Shown: positions 34,272-43,914, numbered from the stretch's first letter. The stretch: DNA of 64,000 nt from a bacterium (GCA_037130335.1 JBAXTD010000001.1:103419-167418); one strand, 5' to 3'. Numbers and translations are program-made. The notes: generated from the letters alone by a model not told the origin.

Positions 34272-34748
34272 ATGAAAATTCCACGCTATGTTTCAATTAC
34301 GGTTTCCTTTGCAATTGTTATTGCAGTTCTTTCGTTGCCATTTATTTTTAATACAAAAAAACTTAGTACAGCAATCACAATAGCTCCAATTTCGTTCACA
34401 CATTCATTGTTGATTGGGCGACAGGAAATCACTGTCGCGTTTGCTATGACACCTTTTGAGCAGCAACAGGGTCTCTCTGGCACAAAGAATCTTTCTGTTG
34501 ATCATGGAATGTTATTTATTTTTGAGAAGCCAATAATTCCATCTTTCTGGATGAAAGATATGAATTACCCACTTGATATTATTTGGATTGATTCAAATAA
34601 AAAAATTATTGGAGTAAGCGAAAATTTGGACCCAAAAACATATCCACAAACATTTGCACCAGCATCAAATATTTTGTATGTACTTGAGGTTCCGGCAGGA
34701 TTTTACAGGACGAATTATTTAAAGATGGGGGATACAATTTCTTTTTAA
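34272..34748 (+). CDS. DUF192 domain protein
   Basis: QQGLSG, GMLFIF, FWMKDMNYPLDIIWI and YVLEVPAG. Confidence 0.88.
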   Translation: MKIPRYVSITVSFAIVIAVLSLPFIFNTKKLSTAITIAPISFTHSLLIGRQEITVAFAMTPFEQQQGLSGTKNLSVDHGMLFIFEKPIIPSFWMKDMNYPLDIIWIDSNKKIIGVSENLDPKTYPQTFAPASNILYVLEVPAGFYRTNYLKMGDTISF

Positions 34749-34793
34749 CACGCACAAAAAAATCCGCTTAAAAGCGGATTTTTTTGTGCGTGT
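34748..34793. terminator. Bidirectional terminator palindrome
   Basis: ACACGCACAAAAAAATCCGC...GCGGATTTTTTTGTGCGTGT between convergent genes. Confidence 0.7.
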
Positions 34794-34797
34794 ATGT

Positions 34798-36732
34798 TTA
34801 ATGATGCGCATCCATTCCGCTCGGTTTTTTGGCCTTAGAAATTCTGCGGATTGTAAGTATGACTGCAAGGATTATAAGGATTGTCACCAGCCATCCAATG
34901 ACTGTAGTTGGGAAAAATCCAGAACCGAGTGCAAATCCACCGAGTGAACTTACACCACCTGATGCATGATTGAGTACGTATCCCACGGAACTATCTTTTA
35001 CGCCGTTTGGATATGTGAATGAAAGTGAGCCATTGGTTACAAGTGTGTTTGTGAGCGATACACCACTTCCAACTTTAGCTTGCATAAATATTGAACCAGC
35101 ATATCCTGGAGCGAGTGTTTTGAGATCAGCGGTTACTAGTGTGGGTGATGTTATTTGTCCTGTGGTTATTTGAGTAACAGTAAAACCTTGAGGTAATGAG
35201 ATGTTCAAGACTACATTTTTTAATGCCTTTGTTGTGTTGTTTTTGTAATCAATTTTATATTCAACTGTTTCGCCAATTGCCACCTTATCGTTTGTATTTG
35301 TAATGGATAAAAACACGCCAGTCGCTGGATTTGCTATTGCATTTTGGGTTGCAGATGTGTTTGTTGTGTTTGAACTTTGTGCGTATACCGTTGTATCGTT
35401 TTCACCTTTGGATACAAATGACATAATATCTCCACGTGAAATTACTCCGTTTGATTCTGTTACTGCACGATAGTAATAGGTGGTTGAAGGTGTGGTATAC
35501 ATTACTGCATTAAATCCAGAAGTTACTTGTCCTGAAAAGTTTTGTTTTGATGTATTTGAACCCATACTTGTATCAACACCATATTCAAACCATGCATTTG
35601 TCGGGTAGTATGTTCGCACAAGGATTCCATTTAATTTTGCAGAGTAAGGTCCGACATTTGTTGCAATACTTGTGATTGCGTTTGAACCACTACTGTTTTG
35701 TGAATTGTTGTATGAGTATGATCCACCGGTTACATAAATTGTAAGTGGTGGCCATGTAGTAGAATTATTTCCGTTTGCTGTGAGTATAAGGTCCGTTGTT
35801 CCATAAATTGGATTTGTTTGGATACTTCCATTCGCTGAAAGATAATATCCGTTTGAGATGCTTCCATTTGCTGAAGTGATAGAAACGCTTGAGCATCCAA
35901 CTGTAGACCATGAGAGATGTGTTGTTTGTCCGCTTGAAATATATGTTGGTGATGCAGTAAAGTTTGTTACGACACAATTATCACTACTGTTTCCGTAGTT
36001 GTAATTATAATATGAGTTATTTACTGATACGGTAACTTGTTTGGTTTGGTTGATTCCGTTAAAGTCTGTTGCGGTTAGTGTATATACAACACTTGAGACA
36101 AACGGACCAACATTCATATTTGAAACATTTGCTTGATTATTAAAAAATACTCCATTGTTTCCAGAAATTGAAACATTCGTACATCCAGATGATGTGTTCC
36201 AATCGAGCGTTACATATTGTCCTGTTGTAACTTGAACATAGTTTGAACCATTTGCGTTAAATGAATATAGTTGGCATGTTGAGCTAGTCCCCAAAGTGGT
36301 TTTGGTCATATTTATCGTAAGTGCTTTTTGAGAAATTGTTCCGTTTGCATCTTTTCCGACAAGTATAAATGATGTTGTTCTACCGATCGGTACAGTTTCA
36401 ATAGACGTTTTACCTGCAACTGATGTATCCGAAAAAGCTTGATCAGAACTTGAAAGTAAGAGAGTTGTACAGTTTGATTGTGTCCATGAAAGTGTTGCAA
36501 TGCCCCATTCGGCAACAGTGTTTCCTGGTGCATTGCTTGTCAGTGTGTCGACACTACATGCTGGTGTTGAAATGGTGGGAATTTCGTTTACTACATAATT
36601 GTTATTTTGATTAGTTGTCGTTGGACTGCCGACCGTAAGTGCTTTTGAAACTATAGGGAAATAAAAAACAACAAGCGCAAAAAAGAAAAGCGCTGATCGT
36701 AACACGTATGATGATGAGATATTTTTTTTCAT
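34798..36732 (-). CDS. Cell-surface protein with Ig-like repeats, FN3-like and DUF11-like domains, C-terminal TM
   Basis: Signal peptide, repeated TLSW...C motif, AWFEYG/TTYYYRA, VEYKIDYKN and a C-terminal anchor. Confidence 0.75.
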   Translation of the reverse strand: MKKNISSSYVLRSALFFFALVVFYFPIVSKALTVGSPTTTNQNNNYVVNEIPTISTPACSVDTLTSNAPGNTVAEWGIATLSWTQSNCTTLLLSSSDQAFSDTSVAGKTSIETVPIGRTTSFILVGKDANGTISQKALTINMTKTTLGTSSTCQLYSFNANGSNYVQVTTGQYVTLDWNTSSGCTNVSISGNNGVFFNNQANVSNMNVGPFVSSVVYTLTATDFNGINQTKQVTVSVNNSYYNYNYGNSSDNCVVTNFTASPTYISSGQTTHLSWSTVGCSSVSITSANGSISNGYYLSANGSIQTNPIYGTTDLILTANGNNSTTWPPLTIYVTGGSYSYNNSQNSSGSNAITSIATNVGPYSAKLNGILVRTYYPTNAWFEYGVDTSMGSNTSKQNFSGQVTSGFNAVMYTTPSTTYYYRAVTESNGVISRGDIMSFVSKGENDTTVYAQSSNTTNTSATQNAIANPATGVFLSITNTNDKVAIGETVEYKIDYKNNTTKALKNVVLNISLPQGFTVTQITTGQITSPTLVTADLKTLAPGYAGSIFMQAKVGSGVSLTNTLVTNGSLSFTYPNGVKDSSVGYVLNHASGGVSSLGGFALGSGFFPTTVIGWLVTILIILAVILTIRRISKAKKPSGMDAHH

Positions 36733-36790
36733 TTTGTATGATTAAAATTTTATAAAAGACTCTATATATTGTAACAGGGGAATGGCAGGT

Positions 36791-36818
36791 TTGCAAATCG
36801 TGAATTCTATTGTATAAT
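36791..36818 (+). promoter_or_regulatory. rnpB promoter
   Basis: TTGCAA-16 nt-TATAAT just before the P1 helix. Confidence 0.6.
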
Positions 36819-36823
36819 AGATT

Positions 36824-37230
36824 TGTTCCGATTGGATGATCGCGCAAAATTTATTTTGTGAGGAAAGTCCGAACACGCAGCTCTGGGCGGATTTTTTGAA
36901 AAAAACTTTTTTTCAAAAAATCCGCCCAGAATTAAACGTAGTGGGTAATTCCCATCGTCCGCGAGGATAGCGGTGCGAGCAGTGACGCTTTGAGGCGAAA
37001 GCCAAAAAGCACCCCGAATTTTTGGGCTTGCCCAAAAATTCGGGGTGAATTCCTCTGGAAACCTAGGAAGTGAAACGGCAAAATCCGTACGCGCGTGCAA
37101 GATCGTGTTCGGGCGGCCCCGCTTTGCGGGGCCGCCCGAAAGAATCGCTCGAGGATAGAGGTAACTCTATTCCCAGATAAATGATCATCGTCTCGCAAGA
37201 GATACAAAATTCGGCTTATAGGTCGGAACA
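36824..37230 (+). ncRNA. rnpB: RNase P RNA
   Basis: GAGGAAAGTCC, GTGAAACGG, GTGCAAG, AGATAAATGA and ACAAAATTCGGCTTA conserved regions; P1 TGTTCCGA/TCGGAACA; terminator 37240-37270. Confidence 0.95.
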
Positions 37231-37287
37231 CTGAAATATGAGAAAAACGCCCTAATTAGGGCGTTTTTCTATACTTCAAAACACACC

Positions 37288-37316
37288 TTGACTTTTGTCA
37301 ATAAATCTGATACAAT
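37288..37316 (+). promoter_or_regulatory. sigma70-type promoter with a palindrome over the -35
   Basis: TTGACT-17 nt-TACAAT; TTGACTTTTGTCAA dyad. Confidence 0.65.
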
Positions 37317-37406
37317 ACGCGCGAACCTTATTGATTCTAAAAAACTAAAAAATCAATATTCTAAACATTTATAACTAAATAATCAAAAACAAAAAAAACG
37401 ACAGAC

Positions 37407-38936
37407 ATGAAAAAGTTAATTACTTTTATGGCATTAATCGCCATCGCAATTTGCGCAAAAGCGCACAATGTTATTCCAGTATCTTCTGTAAAGATGCCTG
37501 GAGCATTAACAGCAGTTGTTACTGTAAAAAAGGATACCACAGTGGTTCCTATTTCAGATTCACTATGGTACAGAGTTTTAATTTATGCTGACTCTAATCT
37601 TACTGGTACGCCAATAAGTGGGCCGTGGGATTCAGGTACTGTTTACATGTTCACTAAGACAGTGCCGATACCTGACACTATATGCTGCGCTATGGTCATA
37701 GAAACAAAGCATCGGGATACAATAACCCATGCTCTGGTTTCAGATGTGTCGCATTTTGTGATAATGAGTAAACCACCTACTGGATCTGTTACGTATACGG
37801 TATCAACGGATTCTATTTATTACAACCTTAATGTAAAAGGGGGAAATAATAATGGAGTTCCGGTGCTAATTGAAGCGTTTACGGATACTACATGTATGTG
37901 GGCTTTTGGTTCAAGTACAATGTACTACGTAAGCGGTCCGAGTAATTTTAACTTTACTGGGGCTGTTAGAGCTCATTTTTATTCAGGTATGTCTTATTGC
38001 ATTCGAATTACGGTAACTAATCCAGTAACCGGAGTTAAGGTGTTAAAACAAATCGTAACTACTGCTACTCCATTTACAACATTGCCATACGTTGAGCTTT
38101 CCAGCCCAACCACGGCAACTGATACGTCAGTAAATATTTTTATCGGATTAAATTGTTTCAGCAGGAAATCCCTCGATACTTTGTATTTAAGGGACAGCAC
38201 TGAGGTCACCTGGTCTCGTGTGATTCCAATCAGCAATTTATTCGATACAACAATTACTGGGTTACAGACACAGACTGTACATGTGGGTGGATTACATCCA
38301 TCACATACGTATTTATACGATGTGAAAGTAAAAAATATCGTTGGTCCGACGTTATTAGGCACGCAACGTATCCAAACATTGGATACACCTGTGTTTACAG
38401 GTAGTACCAATACATTTGCGTTGCTGTCTGTGAACGCCACATATAACGCAATGGCCGATAGTATTATTTACAATGTTTATGTAGGCAATGTTGTTGGTGG
38501 TACATCAACAATTAATGCTGTGTTGGATAAAGCTGGAAGTGTGATTTACTCAATAATGCCTGTGACTAAATCAGGTCATGGTATTGTGCGGGTTGCTTTC
38601 CCAGTATCTGGTGATACAGGAAATTTTCAAGTGTACGCATGGAGTTATGATGACTTAGGATCTACGGACTCAACTGGAAGTTATGTTGCGTACACGTCAC
38701 ATGTTCCAGTTCACGTTCCAGGTAAAAATACAACTGGAATATTAGATGTTACTGAAAACAAAAATTTACACGGCTGTGTAAATTTCTATTCAGAAATTGG
38801 GGAAGTTGTTGGAAAATATAAATGTACGTTTGGAGAAATTAATATGATTGCTCCTAATAATAAATTTATTATTTATGAATTCATCTCCGATGACGGTCAG
38901 TTTACTAATCGCCAAAAAATCTTTGTCCAAAGATAA
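37407..38936 (+). CDS. Secreted beta-rich protein with FN3-like domain and T9SS CTD-like tail
   Basis: Signal peptide; GLHPSHTYLYDVKVKN; TTGILDV...FYSEIGEVVG...QKIFVQR; terminator 38957-39003. Confidence 0.65.
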   Translation: MKKLITFMALIAIAICAKAHNVIPVSSVKMPGALTAVVTVKKDTTVVPISDSLWYRVLIYADSNLTGTPISGPWDSGTVYMFTKTVPIPDTICCAMVIETKHRDTITHALVSDVSHFVIMSKPPTGSVTYTVSTDSIYYNLNVKGGNNNGVPVLIEAFTDTTCMWAFGSSTMYYVSGPSNFNFTGAVRAHFYSGMSYCIRITVTNPVTGVKVLKQIVTTATPFTTLPYVELSSPTTATDTSVNIFIGLNCFSRKSLDTLYLRDSTEVTWSRVIPISNLFDTTITGLQTQTVHVGGLHPSHTYLYDVKVKNIVGPTLLGTQRIQTLDTPVFTGSTNTFALLSVNATYNAMADSIIYNVYVGNVVGGTSTINAVLDKAGSVIYSIMPVTKSGHGIVRVAFPVSGDTGNFQVYAWSYDDLGSTDSTGSYVAYTSHVPVHVPGKNTTGILDVTENKNLHGCVNFYSEIGEVVGKYKCTFGEINMIAPNNKFIIYEFISDDGQFTNRQKIFVQR

Positions 38937-39063
38937 AAATAATAAATGGACGCATCATAATAGCTTCGACTTTCTTAAATGAAAGCCGGAGCTATTTTTT
39001 TTTATTCTATTTTTATAGTATCTAATTTACTAGACACATTTTTTATATTTGATATACTCTCTG

Positions 39064-39141
39064 TGTGAGTATGGTTCTCCAATGAATTATTACAAACAAT
39101 TGCCTACGCAAGGCCCGCCTCACGGCGGGTTTTGTGCTTTT
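39064..39141 (+). ncRNA. Putative small RNA 1
   Basis: TAGACA-16-TGaTATACT promoter (39031-39058) and GGCCCGCC-TCAC-GGCGGGTT terminator with T-tract. Confidence 0.5.
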
Positions 39142-39166
39142 GGGAGAGATGGTATATACTCTAAGT

Positions 39167-39295
39167 ACGTTCCCACATATCGTGGTGAACGTCTCCACTC
39201 ACATAGGCAATTGTGTTGGAGTTCGGACACGCTCACCACAATGTGTGGAAGCAAAACAAAAAATCGTTCATCGAAAGATGAGCGATTTTTTGTTT
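39167..39295 (+). ncRNA. Putative small RNA 2 (long irregular hairpin)
   Basis: TTGTGC-17-TATACT promoter (39132-39160); stems TTCCCACAT/ATGTGTGGAA, GTGGTGA/TCACCAC and CTCCA/TGGAG; terminator 39254-39295. Confidence 0.55.
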
Positions 39296-39630
39296 CTAAT
39301 TTTTTAATAGTATTAAACATAATTTTGTGAATATAATTTTGCGTAATAAAAAAAATTTTTGAAAAATAAAAATAAATTAATTAAAAAAATAAAATAAAAT
39401 AAAAAAACTTTTTCAAAAAAATATTTTTTATTTTATTTTTAAAAAAGTTTTCCACATATTTCGTAAAAAATAATTGCGAATAATTTTTGATTGTAGGATA
39501 ATTACTGTAGTTGCGATTTGATTAGTGCGCAAAAATTTTTTGGAAAAATATTTTTTAAATTTATTTTCAAAAAAAGTTGCGCGGTCGAAATCAAACGCCA
39601 CTTAATAAAAATAATAAACTCAAAAATTTT

Positions 39631-39702
39631 ATGGCAGCAAAAAAGAAAGCAAAAAAGGCAGCACCAAAAAAGAAGGTTGCAGCAAAAAAGAAGCGAGCAT
39701 AG
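39631..39702 (+). CDS. 23-aa Lys/Ala-rich histone H1-like microprotein (absent from ORF track)
   Basis: MAAKKKAKKAAPKKKVAAKKKRA*; AT-rich start context; terminator AGAAAACAACTCC-TCAC-GGAGTTGTTTTCT at 39721-39753. Confidence 0.7.
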   Translation: MAAKKKAKKAAPKKKVAAKKKRA

Positions 39703-39823
39703 TTTTATTTGTTCCGCTCAAGAAAACAACTCCTCACGGAGTTGTTTTCTTTTGGGGCGGGTTTTCGCGAAGCGAAAACCCGCCATTCCAAAAACCTTCT
39801 TTTTGTGCTAGAATTAAGGTCTT

Positions 39824-42337
39824 ATGGCTATATTACAGAATCTTTTTGGAGATAGTAAAATGAAGTTTGCAAACAGTGTAAAAGCGGTTGTGGCAGAAGT
39901 TGCATCATATGAAGACGAGCTCAAAACCCTTGAGGATACTGTATTTCCCGAAAAAACAGCAAATTTAAAACTACGATATAAAAACGGAGAAACGCTAGAC
40001 CAATTATTACCCGAAGCATTTGCGCTTGTGCGTGAAGCATCACGTCGTGCTATTGGTCAACGTCATTACGATGTACAAATTATTGGAGGTATTGCACTTC
40101 ATCGAGGCAACATTGCAGAGATGCGCACCGGTGAAGGAAAGACATTGGTAGCAACGCTTCCAGTGTATCTCAATGCGCTTGCTGGACGTGGCGTGCACGT
40201 CGTGACTGTGAATGATTATCTTTCACGTCGTGATGCGGTATGGATGAGTCAGGTGTATCATTTCCTCGGACTTTCTGTGGGTGTAATTAATTCACAAAAT
40301 ATTTCCTATGTATATGATCCTACACACACCGAAAAGCAAACTGAACAAGAAGGAGTTTCTGTATACAAAGTTGTATATGATTTTTTGCGACCATCATCGA
40401 GACGTGATGCATACAACGCAGATATTACGTATGGTACAAATAATGAATATGGTTTTGATTATTTGCGCGACAATTTAGCAACACATGCAGAAAATTTAGT
40501 TCAACGTGATCACTTTTTTGCTGTTGTAGATGAAATCGATTCAATTTTGATTGATGAAGCACGTACACCACTTATTGTTTCTTCTGATTCAGAAGAGTCA
40601 GGAAGTTTTTATAAAACATTTTCTGATATTGCTTCGCAAATGATTGCAGAAGAAGATTTTACTGTAGATGAAAAACGCAAAGCAATTTCGCTTACTGATG
40701 CAGGAATTTCAAAAGCAGAAGCAAAACTTGATATCAGTAATATTTACACCGAAAAAGGAATCAAATATGTTCATCATCTCGAAACCGCAGTGCGTGCAAA
40801 GGCATTGTTTATTCGCGATCGAGATTATGTTGTCAAAGATGGTGAGGTAATCATCGTCGACCCATTTACTGGACGTATGCAGCCGGGTCGTCGTTGGAAT
40901 GAAGGCTTGCATCAAGCAATCGAAGCCAAAGAAAGTGTAAAGATTCAAAAAGAAACTCGCACGAGTGCATCGATTACATTTCAAAATTATTTTAAATTCT
41001 ACGAGAAGCTTTGTGGAATGACAGGAACTGCACAAACAAGTGATGAAGAATTCCGTAAAGTATATGGCTTAACTGTTGCAGTAATTCCAACTCATCGCGA
41101 AATCAAACGTGTTGATCACAATGATTTAATTTTTCAAACAGAAAAGGGTAAATGGCAGGCGATTGCGCGCGAAGTCAAAGCTCGTCACGAAAAAGGTCAG
41201 CCAGTACTTATCGGTACGATTTCAATTGAACGCAATGAATTACTCTCTGCGTATTTGCGTGATGCAGGTGTGCCACATACGCTCCTTAATGCCAAGAACC
41301 ACGAAAAGGAAGGTGAGTTGATTGCTCAAGCAGGTAAGCGTGGAGCAGTAACTGTGGCGACAAACATGGCTGGACGTGGAATTGATATTATTTTAGGTGG
41401 TGTGCCAGCAACCGATGAATCAAAAGAAGAAATCCGTGCGCTTGGTGGATTGTATGTGCTGGGAACAGAACGTCACGAGGCACGTCGTATCGACAATCAG
41501 CTTCGCGGACGCGCAGGACGTCAGGGTGATCCAGGCGAGACACAATTTTTTGTTTCGCTCGAAGACGATCTCATGCGTGTGTTTGGATCTGACCGTATCA
41601 AAAACATGATGGGACGTTTTGGAATTCCAGAAGACCAACCAATCGAAAACAGCATGATTACAAGTGCACTTGAAACTGCTCAGAAAAAAATCGAAGGATT
41701 TCATTTCGATGCTCGTAAATACACACTCGAATACGACAACGTGCTTTCACATCAGCGTGGAATTATTTATTCTCGTCGTCGTACAATGCTTCTTTCCAAA
41801 AAGGAGGACATGCAGACATATCTCGATCAATTCATTGGCGTAGATTCACACGTCGCCACTCTCGTTTCTCAAAAACGAGCGGCATTTGGTGATGATGCGT
41901 TCTTTGAAACATTTCGTCGAATTGTGTTGTTTGTCACTGATACACTGTGGATTGAACATCTCGAGACAATGGAATATTTGCGTTCATCGGTAAATTTGCG
42001 TGCATATGGTGGACGCGAACCGCTTGTCGAGTATCAACGTGAAGGTTTGCGATTATTCAAAGATTTGGAAGCAAGTTTCCGTGAACAAGTAATTGATTTG
42101 GTTGAAAAAATGTCTGAGCAACCCGTGATGCAAAACACACCAATCGAAATTCCCACACCACAAACATTCACTGCAACTCACATGGAACCAGAGGAACTAA
42201 CCGGCAAAGTGGAAAAGAATTCTCCACTCGCACAAAATAATTCTCAATCAAAATCAGAATCAAAAGTAGGTAGAAACGACCCATGTCCATGCGGTAGCGG
42301 CAAAAAATACAAGAAGTGTCATATGAATGGGAACTAG
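39824..42337 (+). CDS. secA: Preprotein translocase subunit SecA (C-terminus altered by island insertion)
   Basis: EMRTGEGKT, DEIDSILIDEARTPL, ATNMAGRG and GRNDPCPCGSGKKYKKCH. Confidence 0.98.
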   Translation: MAILQNLFGDSKMKFANSVKAVVAEVASYEDELKTLEDTVFPEKTANLKLRYKNGETLDQLLPEAFALVREASRRAIGQRHYDVQIIGGIALHRGNIAEMRTGEGKTLVATLPVYLNALAGRGVHVVTVNDYLSRRDAVWMSQVYHFLGLSVGVINSQNISYVYDPTHTEKQTEQEGVSVYKVVYDFLRPSSRRDAYNADITYGTNNEYGFDYLRDNLATHAENLVQRDHFFAVVDEIDSILIDEARTPLIVSSDSEESGSFYKTFSDIASQMIAEEDFTVDEKRKAISLTDAGISKAEAKLDISNIYTEKGIKYVHHLETAVRAKALFIRDRDYVVKDGEVIIVDPFTGRMQPGRRWNEGLHQAIEAKESVKIQKETRTSASITFQNYFKFYEKLCGMTGTAQTSDEEFRKVYGLTVAVIPTHREIKRVDHNDLIFQTEKGKWQAIAREVKARHEKGQPVLIGTISIERNELLSAYLRDAGVPHTLLNAKNHEKEGELIAQAGKRGAVTVATNMAGRGIDIILGGVPATDESKEEIRALGGLYVLGTERHEARRIDNQLRGRAGRQGDPGETQFFVSLEDDLMRVFGSDRIKNMMGRFGIPEDQPIENSMITSALETAQKKIEGFHFDARKYTLEYDNVLSHQRGIIYSRRRTMLLSKKEDMQTYLDQFIGVDSHVATLVSQKRAAFGDDAFFETFRRIVLFVTDTLWIEHLETMEYLRSSVNLRAYGGREPLVEYQREGLRLFKDLEASFREQVIDLVEKMSEQPVMQNTPIEIPTPQTFTATHMEPEELTGKVEKNSPLAQNNSQSKSESKVGRNDPCPCGSGKKYKKCHMNGN

Positions 42338-43914
42338 AAAATAAAGTCGATTTCTACCTTGTTGTCTCCGGCTCGAATCTCCTTGATAATACTGCGTAAA
42401 ATCATCTTTTTCTCATCCAGTTCCATCTTGTCCCAGCAGGCATCAAAATCCTTCAAAGAGGCCACTAATTTGCGTGTTACAGCCACTTTCTGTGCGGTAG
42501 TGGTTGAGAGTAGAGATAAGCGTTCCACCTCCACACGGCTTTTTTGGATTTCCTGCCTAATCCTTGAAATATGCGCATCCAGTTGCTCCAAGGTTTCGAC
42601 TCCTTTTTCATAAGCTTCTTGATGTCGTTGCTCTCTGGCTGGACCTGATTCAATATCTCGGTTTAATCGAGCAATCGTTTTTTCTCTGTCATTTTCTTCC
42701 TGGTTGCCAGCCGTATAAGTTATATTTTCTTGGACCTTGGGGTGCGAATACAGATTTTTTATATGATCCAAAACTGCGCCTTCCAACTTGTCGGCACTCA
42801 TCACTCTTTGAGAGCAAATGCCTTTGTATTTGTATCCCGTGCAGATATATTCAAAAGTCGTTGTATCTTTCCATTTTGGATTTTTGTCAGATCTCTTGTG
42901 GCGACGTTTTTGATAGCCAACGCCGCTCTTGCAGCGGATGCATTTTGCAATTCCGGTGAGAACCCCTAGGGACCTCCCAGCTCCGCCTTTTGCGTGCTTG
43001 GTCCTCCCAGCTCTAATTTCTTTGACGAGGTTAAAAATAGTTTCGTCTACGATGGGGGAGTGTTCGCCATTTCCCACATACCCAACCTTGCCACGTCTCT
43101 GCCATTCCTTATTTTTCTTGTAGTCGGCATGTCTCCAGCCCCACCACACTTTGCCTGTGTATGTCGGATTGGCCAAAATATATCTGATGGTTTGGATACT
43201 CCAATTTATTCCATTGGGAGCGCTCCATCCCTTTTTATTCATTTCGATCGCTATTTTTCTGTCGCCATTGCCCCGAGCATATTCATTGAAGATAAAGCGG
43301 ATTTTCTGCGCTTCATCCTCGTCAACGATGACCGTCCTTTTTATTTTATTACCCTCCAGTGTTCTTACGACTTTGTATCCGTAGGGCACGCGGTTTGGTA
43401 TTTTCCCTTCTTTCGCCTTTATCATTTTTCCGCCCTTCATTCGACGATTGATGGCCGTTCGTTCGAGATCGGCTTTCATGTCTGAGATTGTCTCCATGAT
43501 CGTCGCCGAATCATTGTCGTCTGGGTCGTACTCGCTGACCGACTTTGGCTCGACAGGGGTGTTGATCGAGTAGGTTTGAATCCCGAGCCCTTTTAGTTCT
43601 TGCCGGATGATGGCGGCCGCATCTTTGTTTCTGGCAAATCTGTCATAATCCTTTACTATGATGAGGTCAAATTTATGTTCTCGCGCATCCCGCATCATGG
43701 ACTGCAATCCATGTCGCTCCTCCGTCAAATGACCGCTCACTCCTTCGTCTGTGTATTCCTGAAAAAATATCCATCCCTTTTCAAGTATCACCTTGTGGCA
43801 ATCTCTAATTTGCTGGGGGATTGAAGTTTTTTTCTGAGCTTGCTCTTGAGTACTCACTCTTCCATACGGAGCGACTCTCAAGCTCGTATTCACTGCACCT
43901 GCATTTCTATCCAT
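42334..43914 (-). CDS. Large serine recombinase (integrase)
   Basis: YGRVST catalytic Ser, DEGVSG, DRFARN; recombinase domain PYGY/NPTYTG; Zn ribbon C..C...C...C; coiled coil. Confidence 0.95.
   Translation of the reverse strand: MDRNAGAVNTSLRVAPYGRVSTQEQAQKKTSIPQQIRDCHKVILEKGWIFFQEYTDEGVSGHLTEERHGLQSMMRDAREHKFDLIIVKDYDRFARNKDAAAIIRQELKGLGIQTYSINTPVEPKSVSEYDPDDNDSATIMETISDMKADLERTAINRRMKGGKMIKAKEGKIPNRVPYGYKVVRTLEGNKIKRTVIVDEDEAQKIRFIFNEYARGNGDRKIAIEMNKKGWSAPNGINWSIQTIRYILANPTYTGKVWWGWRHADYKKNKEWQRRGKVGYVGNGEHSPIVDETIFNLVKEIRAGRTKHAKGGAGRSLGVLTGIAKCIRCKSGVGYQKRRHKRSDKNPKWKDTTTFEYICTGYKYKGICSQRVMSADKLEGAVLDHIKNLYSHPKVQENITYTAGNQEENDREKTIARLNRDIESGPAREQRHQEAYEKGVETLEQLDAHISRIRQEIQKSRVEVERLSLLSTTTAQKVAVTRKLVASLKDFDACWDKMELDEKKMILRSIIKEIRAGDNKVEIDFIF

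Noticed and set aside
36807-37231. 97-aa and 99-aa minus-strand ORFs
   Set aside because: Antisense to the RNase P RNA.
39167-39250. sRNA 2 as tmRNA, tRNA, SRP RNA or 6S RNA
   Set aside because: GTTCG has no canonical 5-bp T-stem or acceptor stem, the SRP CAGG/GGAA/AGCA motif is absent, and it is too short for a typical 6S RNA; an Rfam search is still needed.
39049-39330. 93-aa and 66-aa ORFs over the putative sRNA pair
   Set aside because: They run through two terminators and a promoter and show no protein-like features.
39518-39811. 97-aa ORF upstream of secA
   Set aside because: Out-of-frame overlap of the 23-aa Lys/Ala ORF and crosses its terminator.
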